Assembly (NCBI GenBank): GCA_030753015.1
Contig: JASMDC010000004.1
Coordinates: 84,046 to 148,045, forward strand
Direction: 5' to 3'
Source of the DNA: Candidatus Undinarchaeales archaeon
Lineage (GTDB): Archaea; SpSt-1190; JASMDC01
Length of the DNA: 64,000 bases
Under the pieces are notes generated by a model that ran no database searches, was not told the origin of the DNA, and saw only the letters and a list, made by a program, of their open reading frames with translations. Positions 28,210 to 37,905 of this stretch are shown here, piece after piece (positions within the stretch are counted from its first letter, which is position 1; each line of letters starts with the position of its first letter). The position numbers were made by a program, and so were the translations under genes.

Positions 28210-29430
28210 TCACTTCGTTCGCGTGATCCTCACGATCCAGTCACGGGGCCCTTCCTGGTCGTAGGCCCATGCGTACTTGCCTTTCTGCTCCGCCTCGAAC
28301 TGGTAGTGGAGCGGCCTGGGGTCGTGGTCGTTGATGATCCTCAGCGTCTGGCCCGGCTCGAGCCGGTCCCATTCCTCGAAGATCCTCTCGTGTCGCTGGA
28401 ACGGCGGCATGGGCCGTAGATCCAGCTCCACGGTGACCTCCTTGGGCCCCTGATCCTCCGGTGTGAAGCAGCAGTAGCCGATCTTGTCGCAGTCCCTCTT
28501 GACCGTGTCCCACTCTTCCGGAGTGAGCAGCTGGAGGGCGATCTGGTAGAGAATGTTGTCCTCCTTGAATATGTGGGCCTCCAGCTCCCGGGACAGGTAG
28601 CGGCCCAGCTCGATGATCCTTCCCTTGAACTCGTCGAAGGGGAGGTCCTCGGGGTTGTGGGCGAGCCGGTACAGCTCTTGCTTCCGCTTCCGCAGCTCGA
28701 GGTGGTCCATCCGCATGATGTTCGGGGGCTCGACCACGTCGTGCTTCTCCAGCGCAGGGAACAGCGCCTCCTCCTCCCGCTCGTGATGGCTCTCCGCCTC
28801 CACCAAATGGTGGGCGATGTCCTGCAGTCTCGCCACGTCGTCACCCATGGCCTTCAGGTCCTTTACGTCCTCCAGCCGCCCCACGAGGGTGGCCAGCTCA
28901 CCCAGGCTCTCGAGGATGACCTTGTGCTCCTCCATGAGGGTGTTCACCGGGTGGGGCGCTTGCACCTCCTTCCTGCTCTCCACCAGTGCGTCCCGCATGA
29001 ACTCGAGGTGGATGTCGCACAGTCCCCCCCGGATCTCGTCGTGGGACACACCCTCCCTGATCAGCTCTTGTTCCAGAATTCCCAGGGTGCTCGCGTCCAC
29101 CTCACTCAGAAGCTCCCGAACGCGCTCCTTGATCTCCTCCGACACATCACCACTCTGCAGTTCCCTCAGCAGCGCTCTCAGGCGGTCTTTCTTGTCCCCG
29201 CCGCTGGTGATGCGCTTCACGCCCAGGATCCATGCCTCGGGGCCCTCCTTCTCGTGGGCGACCTCGAACTCTTCCCTGGCTTTGAGCATGTGGACGAGCG
29301 GTACGGGATTGAACTCTATTACGAGCCGGAGCGCATCCCCGTCCCTGAGAGCCTCTAGCGCGGGGAAGATCAGCGCCTCCCGCTCGCTGTGTTCCAATCC
29401 TCTCACATCGATCGTTCTTGCAGTTTCCAT
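28210..29430 (-). CDS. DUF2249 - DUF438/hemerythrin-like - DUF2249 protein
   Basis: N-terminal IDVRGL..FNPVPL and C-terminal LDLRPM..NDHDPRPL (DUF2249-like); LCDIH, HPVNTLMEEH, HHEREEEALFP, HIFKEDNILY (hemerythrin-like). ATG at 29430 after AAGGAGG. Confidence 0.82.
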   Translation of the reverse strand: METARTIDVRGLEHSEREALIFPALEALRDGDALRLVIEFNPVPLVHMLKAREEFEVAHEKEGPEAWILGVKRITSGGDKKDRLRALLRELQSGDVSEEIKERVRELLSEVDASTLGILEQELIREGVSHDEIRGGLCDIHLEFMRDALVESRKEVQAPHPVNTLMEEHKVILESLGELATLVGRLEDVKDLKAMGDDVARLQDIAHHLVEAESHHEREEEALFPALEKHDVVEPPNIMRMDHLELRKRKQELYRLAHNPEDLPFDEFKGRIIELGRYLSRELEAHIFKEDNILYQIALQLLTPEEWDTVKRDCDKIGYCCFTPEDQGPKEVTVELDLRPMPPFQRHERIFEEWDRLEPGQTLRIINDHDPRPLHYQFEAEQKGKYAWAYDQEGPRDWIVRITRTK

Positions 29431-29431
29431 G

Positions 29432-30079
29432 TCATATCCTCCTTGTCTCGATAGTAATCCACTGGTCGATATCCCGTCGCTCCGCGACCATGAGCTGCAC
29501 CCGTTCCATCCACAGGTCCTGGAACTCCTTCCGCTCCTCGTCCCTGGCGGCGTCCCATACGACCTTCTCAAGAAGGCGGGCCATCCGCTCCCCGCCCGCG
29601 GGTACGGGCACCAGCCCTGGTCGGTAGGTGACCAGAACGGCCTCATGTGTGTCCGATCGTTCGAACTCGAAGCATATGGCCCCAGGCTCGCTCCCTCCGG
29701 GCTCGAACCGGAGCAGGTCCTTCCTCCTGAACTTGTGCCCTAGTCCTCTGAAGCCCGAGTGCGGGGCGGCGCCGGTCAGAAAGGAGAACACCTGTCCCAT
29801 GACACCGAAGACGCCCTCGTCGGGCTCGCCGTGGACGGTGACCGCCACCTCCCCCCTCACGGGTACGGCATCGGGATAGAGCCGCTCGAGTGCCAGCTGG
29901 CAACAGAGGTAGGCGGCCGCCACCGTGGGGCAGGCATGGCCGGCCATCTTCACGGTATCGATGAAGGTGTACTCGATGACGTTGTCCTCTGAAGTGAGGG
30001 CCCCCAAGGTTCCGGCAAGGGGTTCCTTGAAGAGGATCGGCTCGACCTGAGTGAGGGCCTCCTTGAACGCTTTAACCAT
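29432..30079 (-). CDS. FmdE-like putative metal-binding protein
   Basis: KMAGHACPTVAAAY motif; GFRGLG. Confidence 0.6.
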   Translation of the reverse strand: MVKAFKEALTQVEPILFKEPLAGTLGALTSEDNVIEYTFIDTVKMAGHACPTVAAAYLCCQLALERLYPDAVPVRGEVAVTVHGEPDEGVFGVMGQVFSFLTGAAPHSGFRGLGHKFRRKDLLRFEPGGSEPGAICFEFERSDTHEAVLVTYRPGLVPVPAGGERMARLLEKVVWDAARDEERKEFQDLWMERVQLMVAERRDIDQWITIETRRI

Positions 30080-30159
30080 GGGGCATCGACCTTTTCTTCA
30101 TTATACACACTATATTGTTAGTAAAATATATAAATATTCCCCTCCTTTATATTATCAGC

Positions 30160-30816
30160 ATGGCGGAGGACACCCAAGAGGTCCGGATGCCCGAGAAGGG
30201 GCCACGTATCACCATCCTCAAGCACCTTCTGGGCGAGGACCTCGGCGCCGTGGAGCTGTGCGCTCTGCTGGGGATCGCCGAGAACGCGGCACGGCGACAC
30301 CTGGACATCCTCGAGAACAAGGGATTGGTGGAGCACCACTTCGAGCGGGCGGCCCGTGGCCGGCCCAAGAAGCTCTACCGGCTCACCCAGGCCGGGCGCG
30401 ACCTCTTCCCGCGGCAGACGGGACTGTTACTTTCCATCATGCTGAGGAAATGTGAGGAGAGGTTCGGGAGCCGGGAGGTGGAGGACCTGCTGAACGCGGT
30501 GGTCGAGGAGCTGGTGGACCACTTCGTCGCCGAGGACGTAGGTGACGACCTTGAGACTCGGCTGGAGGCACTGGTGAGAGCCTTCGACGAGTTCGGGTTC
30601 TTCTCCACCCTCTCGCGGGAGGACGGCTCTTACAACATCGAATACCGGAACTGCGCTTTCTCGGACGTGTCACGGGACACCGCCACGCTGCTCTGCAAGG
30701 TGCACCGCCGGGTGGTCCGGCGTGCCCTGCGGAACGTTGACATCAGACAGGACCTGTGCGTCATAAAGGGCGACTGCCTGTGCCGGCATGTCGTCAACAT
30801 CAAACCGGACCGGTGA
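30160..30816 (+). CDS. wHTH transcriptional regulator with a Cys-containing C-terminal domain (SufR-like)
   Basis: ARRHLDILE..RGRPKKLYRLT; NCAF..LCKVH..C..GDCLC. Divergent from the fmdE-nfu-mrp genes. Confidence 0.78.
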   Translation: MAEDTQEVRMPEKGPRITILKHLLGEDLGAVELCALLGIAENAARRHLDILENKGLVEHHFERAARGRPKKLYRLTQAGRDLFPRQTGLLLSIMLRKCEERFGSREVEDLLNAVVEELVDHFVAEDVGDDLETRLEALVRAFDEFGFFSTLSREDGSYNIEYRNCAFSDVSRDTATLLCKVHRRVVRRALRNVDIRQDLCVIKGDCLCRHVVNIKPDR

Positions 30817-30879
30817 GTGCAGTGGTCGACCAATTATTAACTGTTACGTCGGAAGGGTAAGAAACAAGGAAGGCGTATA

Positions 30880-32088
30880 ATGATGGAACCAAGGAAGATG
30901 ACCGACTCAGTGACCTGGATGGGAGCGATCGACTGGGACCGCCGACTGTTCGACGCGCTCATCCCGCTACCTGATGGCACGAGCTACAACGCGTACCTCA
31001 TCAGAGGAAGCGAGAAGACCGTGCTGTTGGACACGGTCGATCCGACAAAGGCTGAGGTGCTCCTGCGTCAGTTACAGGACGTCAGGTCCATAGACTACAT
31101 CGTGTCCCATCACGCCGAGCAGGACCATTCAGGCGCTATACCGGACGTCCTCGAACGCTACCCCGAAGCACGGGTGATCACGACACCCAAGGCTAAGCCG
31201 ATGCTCATCGACCTCCTGGGTATCGACGAGGACCGAATCATAACGGTAGAGGATGGTTCTACCATATCGCTCGGGGACAGGACCCTCACCTTCATCCACA
31301 CGCCCTGGGTGCATTGGCCTGAGACGATGGTCACGTATATGCCCGAGGAGCGCATCCTCTTCAGCGGCGATTTCTTCGGTTCGCATTTGGCGACCACTGA
31401 CCTCTACGTGACCGACGGGGCGAGGGTGCTCGAGGCGGCCAAGCGGTACTACGCCGAGATCATGATGCCGTTTAGGACGATCATCGCCAAGAACCTGGCG
31501 AAGCTCGAACAATTCGACATCAGGACTATAGCTCCAAGTCACGGCCCCCTGTACGACCAGCCATCGTTCATTGTGGACGCCTACAAGGCCTGGACGTCGG
31601 ACCATCTGACGAATATCGTGGTGCTCCCCTACATTTCCATGCACGGCAGCACCGGGACGATGGTGACGCATCTCATCGGGGCGCTCGCGGAACGTGGCGT
31701 GATGGTGGAGCCCTTCGACCTCGCCGTCACGGACATAGGAAAGCTCGCGATCGCCCTGGTGGACGCCCCCACCATTGTGGTAGGTACGCCGACGGTACTT
31801 GGCGGGCCGCACCCGTCCGTGACGTACGCCGCAACGCTGGCGAACGCGCTCCGGCCCAAGACGCGGTTCGCGGCGGTCATCGGCTCCTACGGCTGGGGTG
31901 GGAAGGCCGTGGAGACCGTGGTAGGATCGATCCCCAACCTCAAGGTCGAGGTCGTCGGCTCGGTCCTGTGCAAGGGCACGCCTGGAAAGGATGAGTTCGT
32001 CGCCCTAGACGGGCTCGCCGACACCATCGCCGGCAAGCACCGGGAGATCGGTGTCCTGGAGGTCGCAGGGGATGAGGGCGATGTTTGA
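30880..32088 (+). CDS. fprA: Flavodiiron protein (FprA; O2/NO reductase)
   Basis: GTSYNAYL, HAEQDHSG, HWPE, SGDFFG, APSHG; C-terminal flavodoxin domain (SMHGST, GSYGWGG). Confidence 0.93.
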   Translation: MMEPRKMTDSVTWMGAIDWDRRLFDALIPLPDGTSYNAYLIRGSEKTVLLDTVDPTKAEVLLRQLQDVRSIDYIVSHHAEQDHSGAIPDVLERYPEARVITTPKAKPMLIDLLGIDEDRIITVEDGSTISLGDRTLTFIHTPWVHWPETMVTYMPEERILFSGDFFGSHLATTDLYVTDGARVLEAAKRYYAEIMMPFRTIIAKNLAKLEQFDIRTIAPSHGPLYDQPSFIVDAYKAWTSDHLTNIVVLPYISMHGSTGTMVTHLIGALAERGVMVEPFDLAVTDIGKLAIALVDAPTIVVGTPTVLGGPHPSVTYAATLANALRPKTRFAAVIGSYGWGGKAVETVVGSIPNLKVEVVGSVLCKGTPGKDEFVALDGLADTIAGKHREIGVLEVAGDEGDV

Positions 32089-32227
32089 GCCGAAGATAGA
32101 GCGTGCCTGATGCCCCGAGATCGACACCATCATCGATGATCATGGACGTATCATCGCGCAGAGCGACCGTCTCGGGCAGCCCATATGGAGGTCTGATGAT
32201 CCGGAGGGACGTGATGTCGGGTCCCGC

Positions 32228-32776
32228 TCAGCCCTTGGCCCTGCCCTCGAGCTCCTCCACGATCGACAGGAACCGCTCCTTGGACCCTTTCTCGAACCTC
32301 TTTTGCTCGGCCTGGTCAAACCGCTTCAGGATCGATTGCTTCACCTTTGCGTCCAACGCCTCCTCGGCCATGACGTAGAGGATGTTGTCCTCCTTGTAGA
32401 TGTGCTCCTGGAGCAGCTGCGCGTAGTTCAGAGCGTTCTCCATGACCTTGGACGGATCGTTCTCACCCACCCCTGCCTCCATGCCCTTGACGAAGTCCCT
32501 CCCGATGTCGTGCTCGTGTAACATTTGCGGTATGGGATTGCAGTGCATTTGCACGTCGTCCTTGCACAGCTCGACGAACAGGATGTCCTCCTCCTTCGCA
32601 TGGTGGAACCTGTCGGCATAGTTACGTATGAAGTCGATGGCCTTCTCAAAGAACTCCCTGTCTAGCTCCTTGCCCGATCGAAGGGACTCGCATTCCTTGA
32701 CCAGTGCACCTATCAGCCTCAGTATGTTCTGGTGTTCCTCTGAAAGGATCGTTGTTGGTCTTTCGGCAGGGTTCAT
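32228..32776 (-). CDS. Hemerythrin-like (HHE) domain protein
   Basis: LSEEH, YADRFHHAKEEDILF, MLHEH, HIYKEDNILY. Confidence 0.88.
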   Translation of the reverse strand: MNPAERPTTILSEEHQNILRLIGALVKECESLRSGKELDREFFEKAIDFIRNYADRFHHAKEEDILFVELCKDDVQMHCNPIPQMLHEHDIGRDFVKGMEAGVGENDPSKVMENALNYAQLLQEHIYKEDNILYVMAEEALDAKVKQSILKRFDQAEQKRFEKGSKERFLSIVEELEGRAKG

Positions 32777-32810
32777 GTCAGTGGTTGATGAAGCCAATAA
32801 TTATTTATAC

Positions 32811-32834
32811 ATATGTGAATTTAAATTCACATAT
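32811..32834. promoter_or_regulatory. Perfect 24-bp palindrome ATATGTGAATTTAAATTCACATAT; likely ArsR-family operator
   Basis: Exact reverse-complement palindrome in the divergent region between the hemerythrin and ArsR genes. Confidence 0.7.
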
Positions 32835-32968
32835 AATGTATGGACGAGGTGGACAATAGCATAGGGATAGCCATGTTCCTCTTAGAGACCGGGGACCACC
32901 AGATGGTGTTCATTTGACAGCTTTCGCTGGAGGTGGAGGATGCACAGCACATGTGAGTCCCATTTCAA

Positions 32969-33283
32969 ATGACGCGTGAATGTCATCTCTTCTTTGAGAC
33001 CCTGGGCACAAAGGTGAAGCTCAACATCCTCACCACCCTGAGGGAAGGGCCGTTGAGCGTCAATGAGCTTTCAAGGGCCGTCAATCATGAAAGGAGCAAA
33101 GTCTCCCATGCACTACGCTCCCTTCATGACTGCCGCTTCGTCGTGGTCAGTAAGGATGGGAGGAGGAGAATCTACTCTCTGAACACGGACACGATCGTGC
33201 CGCTGCTCGACCTGGTCGAGAGGCACATGAACACCTATTGCATGGGCAAGGGCTGCAACAAACAGGCCCGCGGGGGTCGGTAG
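32969..33283 (+). CDS. ArsR/SmtB-family transcriptional regulator
   Basis: FFETLG..LSVNELS..SKVSHALRSL..KDGRRRIYSLN; four Cys residues. Confidence 0.88.
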   Translation: MTRECHLFFETLGTKVKLNILTTLREGPLSVNELSRAVNHERSKVSHALRSLHDCRFVVVSKDGRRRIYSLNTDTIVPLLDLVERHMNTYCMGKGCNKQARGGR

Positions 33284-33627
33284 GCCGGGCGTTCGGGACG
33301 CTAGACGGCTATCGCAACAGTGCCAGAAGCCGCTCCTCCGCGCCGTAGAGCCATCCCTGGAAGGAAGGTCGTCCCCACGTAACGGTTCAAGATGATCAGC
33401 TCCCTAGAGAAGATGAGGTCGCCCAGCACGAGGAACAGCAGTCCGGAGACCAGCGAAGTGGAATGGAGAAAGGCCGAGTCAGACGGGAACCGAAGGAAGT
33501 TTTTATAACAATTGTTATGTTCGCTTTGCCATGGACACGTGTGGACACCACGAACATGTCCCGGCCGGAACGACACCGGTCACGAGCAGAGGGGGCACAC
33601 CCCCCGCCCTTCCCTGAGATAAGGACC

Positions 33628-35184
33628 ATGGAAACCATATCGCGTACCGTTGCCCTGACCCTGCTCATCTGTTTTGTCCAAGCAGCGAGCCTGTCGCCAA
33701 CACCTGTCCCTACCATGACTGCCGTACCGACCTCGGCGGGCATTGAAGTAGAATGGTGCGGACGCTACACCCGCATCTGCGGGCCGTGGCCAGCCGACGC
33801 CGAGAAGGGGTGCGGGTCGTTCTGGGAGAAATCCCCGACGGGCAGCGAAGGGGACACCCGTGGAGCGACGAAGGTCTGCTACAACACCCACCTCACCTTT
33901 GCAGAGGTGGAGGGGCCGGGCAGCGACGAGCGGACCATGCACTGCGGTCACGCCCGCGGGGAGCCGCCGTGCGTCGATCCGGAATGGTGCGGACGCTACA
34001 CACGCATCTGCGGGCCGTGGCCAGCCGACGCCGAGAAGGGGTGCAGGTCGTTCTGGGAGGGAGCACCGACGGGCGGCGAAGGGGACACCAGTGGAGCGAC
34101 GAAGGTCTGCTACAACGCCCACCTCACCTTTGCAGAGGTGGAGGAGCCGGGCAGCGACGAGCGGGCCATGCACTGCGGTCACGCCCGTGGGGAGCCGCCG
34201 TGCGTCGAACCGGATGAGGTGGAGGGCGAGGTCACCCCCGTGCCGGTGGATGCCGTCGAGCTAGAGGAGTCCAGAGCAGCGACCACCGGCCCCGAGGTCA
34301 CCGCTCCACCGGCGCCGCCGTCCCCCACGCCCTCACCAAGCCCCGCACCCGAGCTCCTGTTCGGAGTCATCCCCAAGGCCAGGGAGGGGATGATCGCCTT
34401 CGCCAAGGAGTACTGGGAGATCTTGGCCGGCGCCATCGGCTCCCTGGGTGTCGTCGCCTACTACCTCCACGTCCTCAAGCGCAAGACTCTGGGCGAGGAG
34501 GACGTGGTTGTCGAGCGGGGGAAGACGCTGGATGGGAACGCTGTCAAGGTGGCTATCACGGTCAGGAACAACTCCACCTTCAAGATCACCGATATCAAGG
34601 TCACCATCGACCACCCCCCCGCCTTCAAGGTCCAGGGCGGCTCCCCCACCGTGGAGCTGGGTAACATCAGGGCCGGCGAGTTCCAGAGCTCCGTCTTCCA
34701 CCTCGTCCCCACCAGGAGCGTGAAGGGTTCGGTGACCGGCTCCATCACCTACGAGAACAACAAGGGCAGGCCCAAGGTCGTTCCCATCGAGCCCATTGAT
34801 CTGGGCTCGGTGTCCCCCGCCCTTGAGCAGGTGCGGCTCTCCCACGAGGAGTTCGCTCAAAGGGTCCAATCCCTCATACAGGACAGCAAGACCGTGACCA
34901 TCCGAACCGACCCCGCCACGGTCTTTGGCAGGATCAAGGAGCGGTTCTCCGCCATCCACACCGTGTATGAGGTGGTGGACCCCGAGCGGACGACGTTCCT
35001 CGGCGAGTATGCGGGCCAGAACGCCTACAGCAAGGCATTCATCGGCGCATGGATCAATGTCGTCGGGGGCGCTGCGGAAGGCCAGGTCGAGCTCATCGTG
35101 TACGGCGAGGAGGAGGCGAGTGTCACGGGCCTCCTGAGCGAGCTCGTGGAGCTCATCGAGACTAAGGAGAGCTGGGTGGCGTAG
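33628..35184 (+). CDS. Single-pass membrane protein: signal peptide, two 77-aa Cys-rich repeats, Pro/Thr linker, TM helix and a cytoplasmic beta-sandwich plus alpha/beta domain
   Basis: METISRTVALTLLICFVQA signal; repeats; TM ILAGAIGSLGVVAYYL followed by KRK. Function unknown. Confidence 0.75.
   Translation: METISRTVALTLLICFVQAASLSPTPVPTMTAVPTSAGIEVEWCGRYTRICGPWPADAEKGCGSFWEKSPTGSEGDTRGATKVCYNTHLTFAEVEGPGSDERTMHCGHARGEPPCVDPEWCGRYTRICGPWPADAEKGCRSFWEGAPTGGEGDTSGATKVCYNAHLTFAEVEEPGSDERAMHCGHARGEPPCVEPDEVEGEVTPVPVDAVELEESRAATTGPEVTAPPAPPSPTPSPSPAPELLFGVIPKAREGMIAFAKEYWEILAGAIGSLGVVAYYLHVLKRKTLGEEDVVVERGKTLDGNAVKVAITVRNNSTFKITDIKVTIDHPPAFKVQGGSPTVELGNIRAGEFQSSVFHLVPTRSVKGSVTGSITYENNKGRPKVVPIEPIDLGSVSPALEQVRLSHEEFAQRVQSLIQDSKTVTIRTDPATVFGRIKERFSAIHTVYEVVDPERTTFLGEYAGQNAYSKAFIGAWINVVGGAAEGQVELIVYGEEEASVTGLLSELVELIETKESWVA
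33751..34212 (+). repeat. Intragenic tandem repeat, 2 x 231 bp (77 aa, 6 Cys each)
   Basis: GAATGGTGCGGACGCTACAC starts at 33751 and 33982; the two units are nearly identical. Confidence 0.93.
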
Positions 35185-35274
35185 CTGCATCCAAAGATCC
35201 CCTGCATCGTCGGCGACGGTTGTCATCACACGACGGGCCCCCCGTCATCTCTTTAGCCACCTCAGGAGACCCAC

Positions 35275-35880
35275 CTATGCTTCGTCGCTTTCTCCCAGCA
35301 ACGTGACGATGTCCTTCCTGATGCCCTCGGGCTCCCACTTGTTCATAAGGTACATCTTCCTCACGTTGTTGTCCCGGTCAATGAGAAGGGCGATCATGGA
35401 ATGGCGGAAGGTCTCGTCATCCTGCCTCTCCGCGATGATCTCGTACTCGTCGAGGATCTTTTCTATGGCTTCTTCGTCCCCACCGAGGAAGTGCCAGTTA
35501 CTGAAGTCCGCGCCGTACAGCTCCCCGTACTTCTTGAGCATACCGAGGGTGTCGCGCTCGGGATCGAACGAGACGAGAATAAGCACGGTCCTTCCACCGA
35601 GCTCCTCCCCCAGGGATTCCTGGAGCCTCCTGAAGTTCTTGGTGGTCCTCGGACACATGTTCGGCATCTCGCAGCTCGTGTAGATGAAGCTCATCACCTT
35701 CACCTTTCCAAGGAGCTGGTCCGAGGATATCGTCTCATTGTCCTGGTTCAGAAGCTCGAAATCGGGAGCCTTTTTGATGATGTGTAGAACTTTCTTCTCA
35801 GGTGCTGCTCTATAGGAGATTATAAATATACTCCCTAATACGATTATCCCTATTATTATGGCTATTATCTTCGATTCCAT
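35275..35880 (-). CDS. SCO/SenC copper chaperone
   Basis: N-terminal TM helix, APDFELLNQD, FIYTSCEMPNMCP, SFDPERDT, WHFL, FRHS. Confidence 0.88.
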   Translation of the reverse strand: MESKIIAIIIGIIVLGSIFIISYRAAPEKKVLHIIKKAPDFELLNQDNETISSDQLLGKVKVMSFIYTSCEMPNMCPRTTKNFRRLQESLGEELGGRTVLILVSFDPERDTLGMLKKYGELYGADFSNWHFLGGDEEAIEKILDEYEIIAERQDDETFRHSMIALLIDRDNNVRKMYLMNKWEPEGIRKDIVTLLGESDEA

Positions 35881-36722
35881 TATTTCACCTCGAGCTTGAC
35901 CCAGTCCGATATGTACTTCCTGCCTCCACGGTCGCCCTTTGCACCGTTCCACACGGCGAACGCAAAATAGCTTATCTCACCGGATACGAACGTAGCATCG
36001 GGCTCACTGTGGGCGGAATCGAGCCTCCGTTTGAACACCACGTGCCACCTCCCGTTGTCGTACAGGCCCCGACCCTGCACCGTCTGGTTCTCCTTCACCA
36101 CAGAGGTGCCGATCCCCGTCGCCACGAGGTCACGCACCGCCGAATTGAGCGCAGGTCGTGTGACGACGAGCACCTCCTCCTCCTCGAACGGATAATGATA
36201 GTCGGCATAGGGCGTCGACCCCTCTGGAACCTCGTTCGACCAGAACTGACCATCCAGGTCGGCCTTCCAGTGCCAGATACCGACCATGTCCTTGAAGCCC
36301 ATTATGATCGAGGAGGGCTTTGTCCTGTTCTTCAGGGGGAACATGATCGCGCAGGCGTCAGAGAACGTGTTCGTGCCAGACAGGATGTCCTCGGTTTCGT
36401 CATCCCAGCTCACATAGAGATAGATGTCCTTCCCGTTGTGGAAGGCCTTCACGGCGATGGGGGGGAGCGAACCTTTTGCGGGCCAGGGGATCACCGTGAG
36501 CTGGTAGACGAGCTCGACCTCCGTTGGTGGCTGCGTGTCCCACACCTCCAGGGAGATGCCCGTGGACAGATCTATGTCCCTGTCGACGAAGGGCGCTTCT
36601 GTAACCTCCGGTTCCCCCACCCCCACCGGGCCCTCCACCGACCGGATGAAGCCATAGGTGACGAGCACCAGGAAGGAGAGCACCAATGTGATCGATACGA
36701 TCACGACGGTCTTCGGTCTCAT
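35880..36722 (-). CDS. EbdC-like (DOMON) heme-b gamma subunit, copy 2
   Basis: N-terminal anchor; VKAFHNGKDIYLYVSWDD, DACAIMFP, IMG, WHVVFKRRL, AFAVWNG..RGGRK (Met/Lys heme ligands as in EbdC). Confidence 0.85.
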   Translation of the reverse strand: MRPKTVVIVSITLVLSFLVLVTYGFIRSVEGPVGVGEPEVTEAPFVDRDIDLSTGISLEVWDTQPPTEVELVYQLTVIPWPAKGSLPPIAVKAFHNGKDIYLYVSWDDETEDILSGTNTFSDACAIMFPLKNRTKPSSIIMGFKDMVGIWHWKADLDGQFWSNEVPEGSTPYADYHYPFEEEEVLVVTRPALNSAVRDLVATGIGTSVVKENQTVQGRGLYDNGRWHVVFKRRLDSAHSEPDATFVSGEISYFAFAVWNGAKGDRGGRKYISDWVKLEVK

Positions 36723-36816
36723 GCAGGCGTCCCTCCACGGCGATCCTCCCCGGCCCGTCCGGACACACTATCCATGAACCCCTTCAGAGGCCTACGGGAC
36801 CATTGATCGCGAGGGA

Positions 36817-37905
36817 TCATCGATGACCCTCCCCCGAAGGATGGTACACGCAGTACGGCTCCTCGCCCAGGAGGTTCCCCGAGGTGCCCAGCGCTCTGGC
36901 CCTGCACCCCCCGCAGACCGACCGGTACTCGCAGACGCCGCATCTGCCCTCTAGCAGGTCGTGGTCCCTGAGCGACCGGAAGAGGGGGGAGCCCTGGTAT
37001 ATCCTCTGGAAGGACTCCTGCCGGACGTCCCCCGCCTTCACCGGCAGGAATCCGCACCCGTACACCTCGCCCGTGCTGGAGATGAAGCAGAAGCCGTTGC
37101 CGGCCATGCATCCCCTACCACCCGAGCGTGAGCCCCGTCCACCGCCGTGGGGCCGGCCCGCAGGTCCATCCGGCGGCTTGCCGTCGTCCTCCCCCTCCAT
37201 CTGGGCGATGACCCTCGTGTAGTGCGGGGCGCAGGTCATCTTGATAGGGAGCGGCAGAGAACGGTTCCATCCATATACTCTCCTCAGCGTCCGCTCGTAC
37301 TCCTCGGGAGATATCTCCATCCTCACCTTGGCCCTTCCCGTGGGCACCAGCATGAACACGTCCCACGCCTTGGCACCGAGCCTCTCGGCAAGGTCCCGGA
37401 TGTTGGGAAGGTCCCCCAGGTTGTGCTGGGTGACGGTCGTGTTGATCTGGAAGGGCATCCCGCCGTCCTTGAACACCTTGAGGGCCGATGCGGCCATCTC
37501 GAACGAACCCGCCACCTTGCGGAAGCCGTCATGCACCTCGGGATTCGAACCGTCGATGCTTATGGAGACCATCCTCACCCCGCTCTCCTTCATCCTCCGA
37601 ACGGTCCCGGGCACTATTTTGCTCCCGCTCGGCGCCATGACAACCCTGAAACCCCGCTCGTCGGCGCGTGCCGCTATGTCGAAGATGTCCTTCCTGAGAA
37701 GGGGATCACCGCCCGACAGGATGAAGACGGGTTTGGCGAACCCGGCGATGTCATCGATAAGCCTGAAGGTCTCCTCGGTGGTGAGCTGGTGTGGATCGGG
37801 CTCGGTCTGCGCATTGGCCCTGCAGTGGACGCACGCGAACCTGCAGGCCCTGGTGGACTCCCAAGCAATGACCCGGGGCGAAGGGTGATCGTCCGACACC
37901 CTCAT
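36817..37905 (-). CDS. ahbD: Radical SAM heme synthase AhbD-like
   Basis: WESTRACRFACVHCRA, FMLVPTGR, TCAPHY, RGCMAGNGFCFIS, SPASM CxxC..CGGCRARA. ATGA overlap with ahbC. Confidence 0.83.
   Translation of the reverse strand: MRVSDDHPSPRVIAWESTRACRFACVHCRANAQTEPDPHQLTTEETFRLIDDIAGFAKPVFILSGGDPLLRKDIFDIAARADERGFRVVMAPSGSKIVPGTVRRMKESGVRMVSISIDGSNPEVHDGFRKVAGSFEMAASALKVFKDGGMPFQINTTVTQHNLGDLPNIRDLAERLGAKAWDVFMLVPTGRAKVRMEISPEEYERTLRRVYGWNRSLPLPIKMTCAPHYTRVIAQMEGEDDGKPPDGPAGRPHGGGRGSRSGGRGCMAGNGFCFISSTGEVYGCGFLPVKAGDVRQESFQRIYQGSPLFRSLRDHDLLEGRCGVCEYRSVCGGCRARALGTSGNLLGEEPYCVYHPSGEGHR

Noticed and set aside
33751-34212. CRISPR array
   Set aside because: The only long tandem repeat is a 231-bp in-frame coding duplication. 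No repeat-spacer pattern or cas genes were seen in the window.
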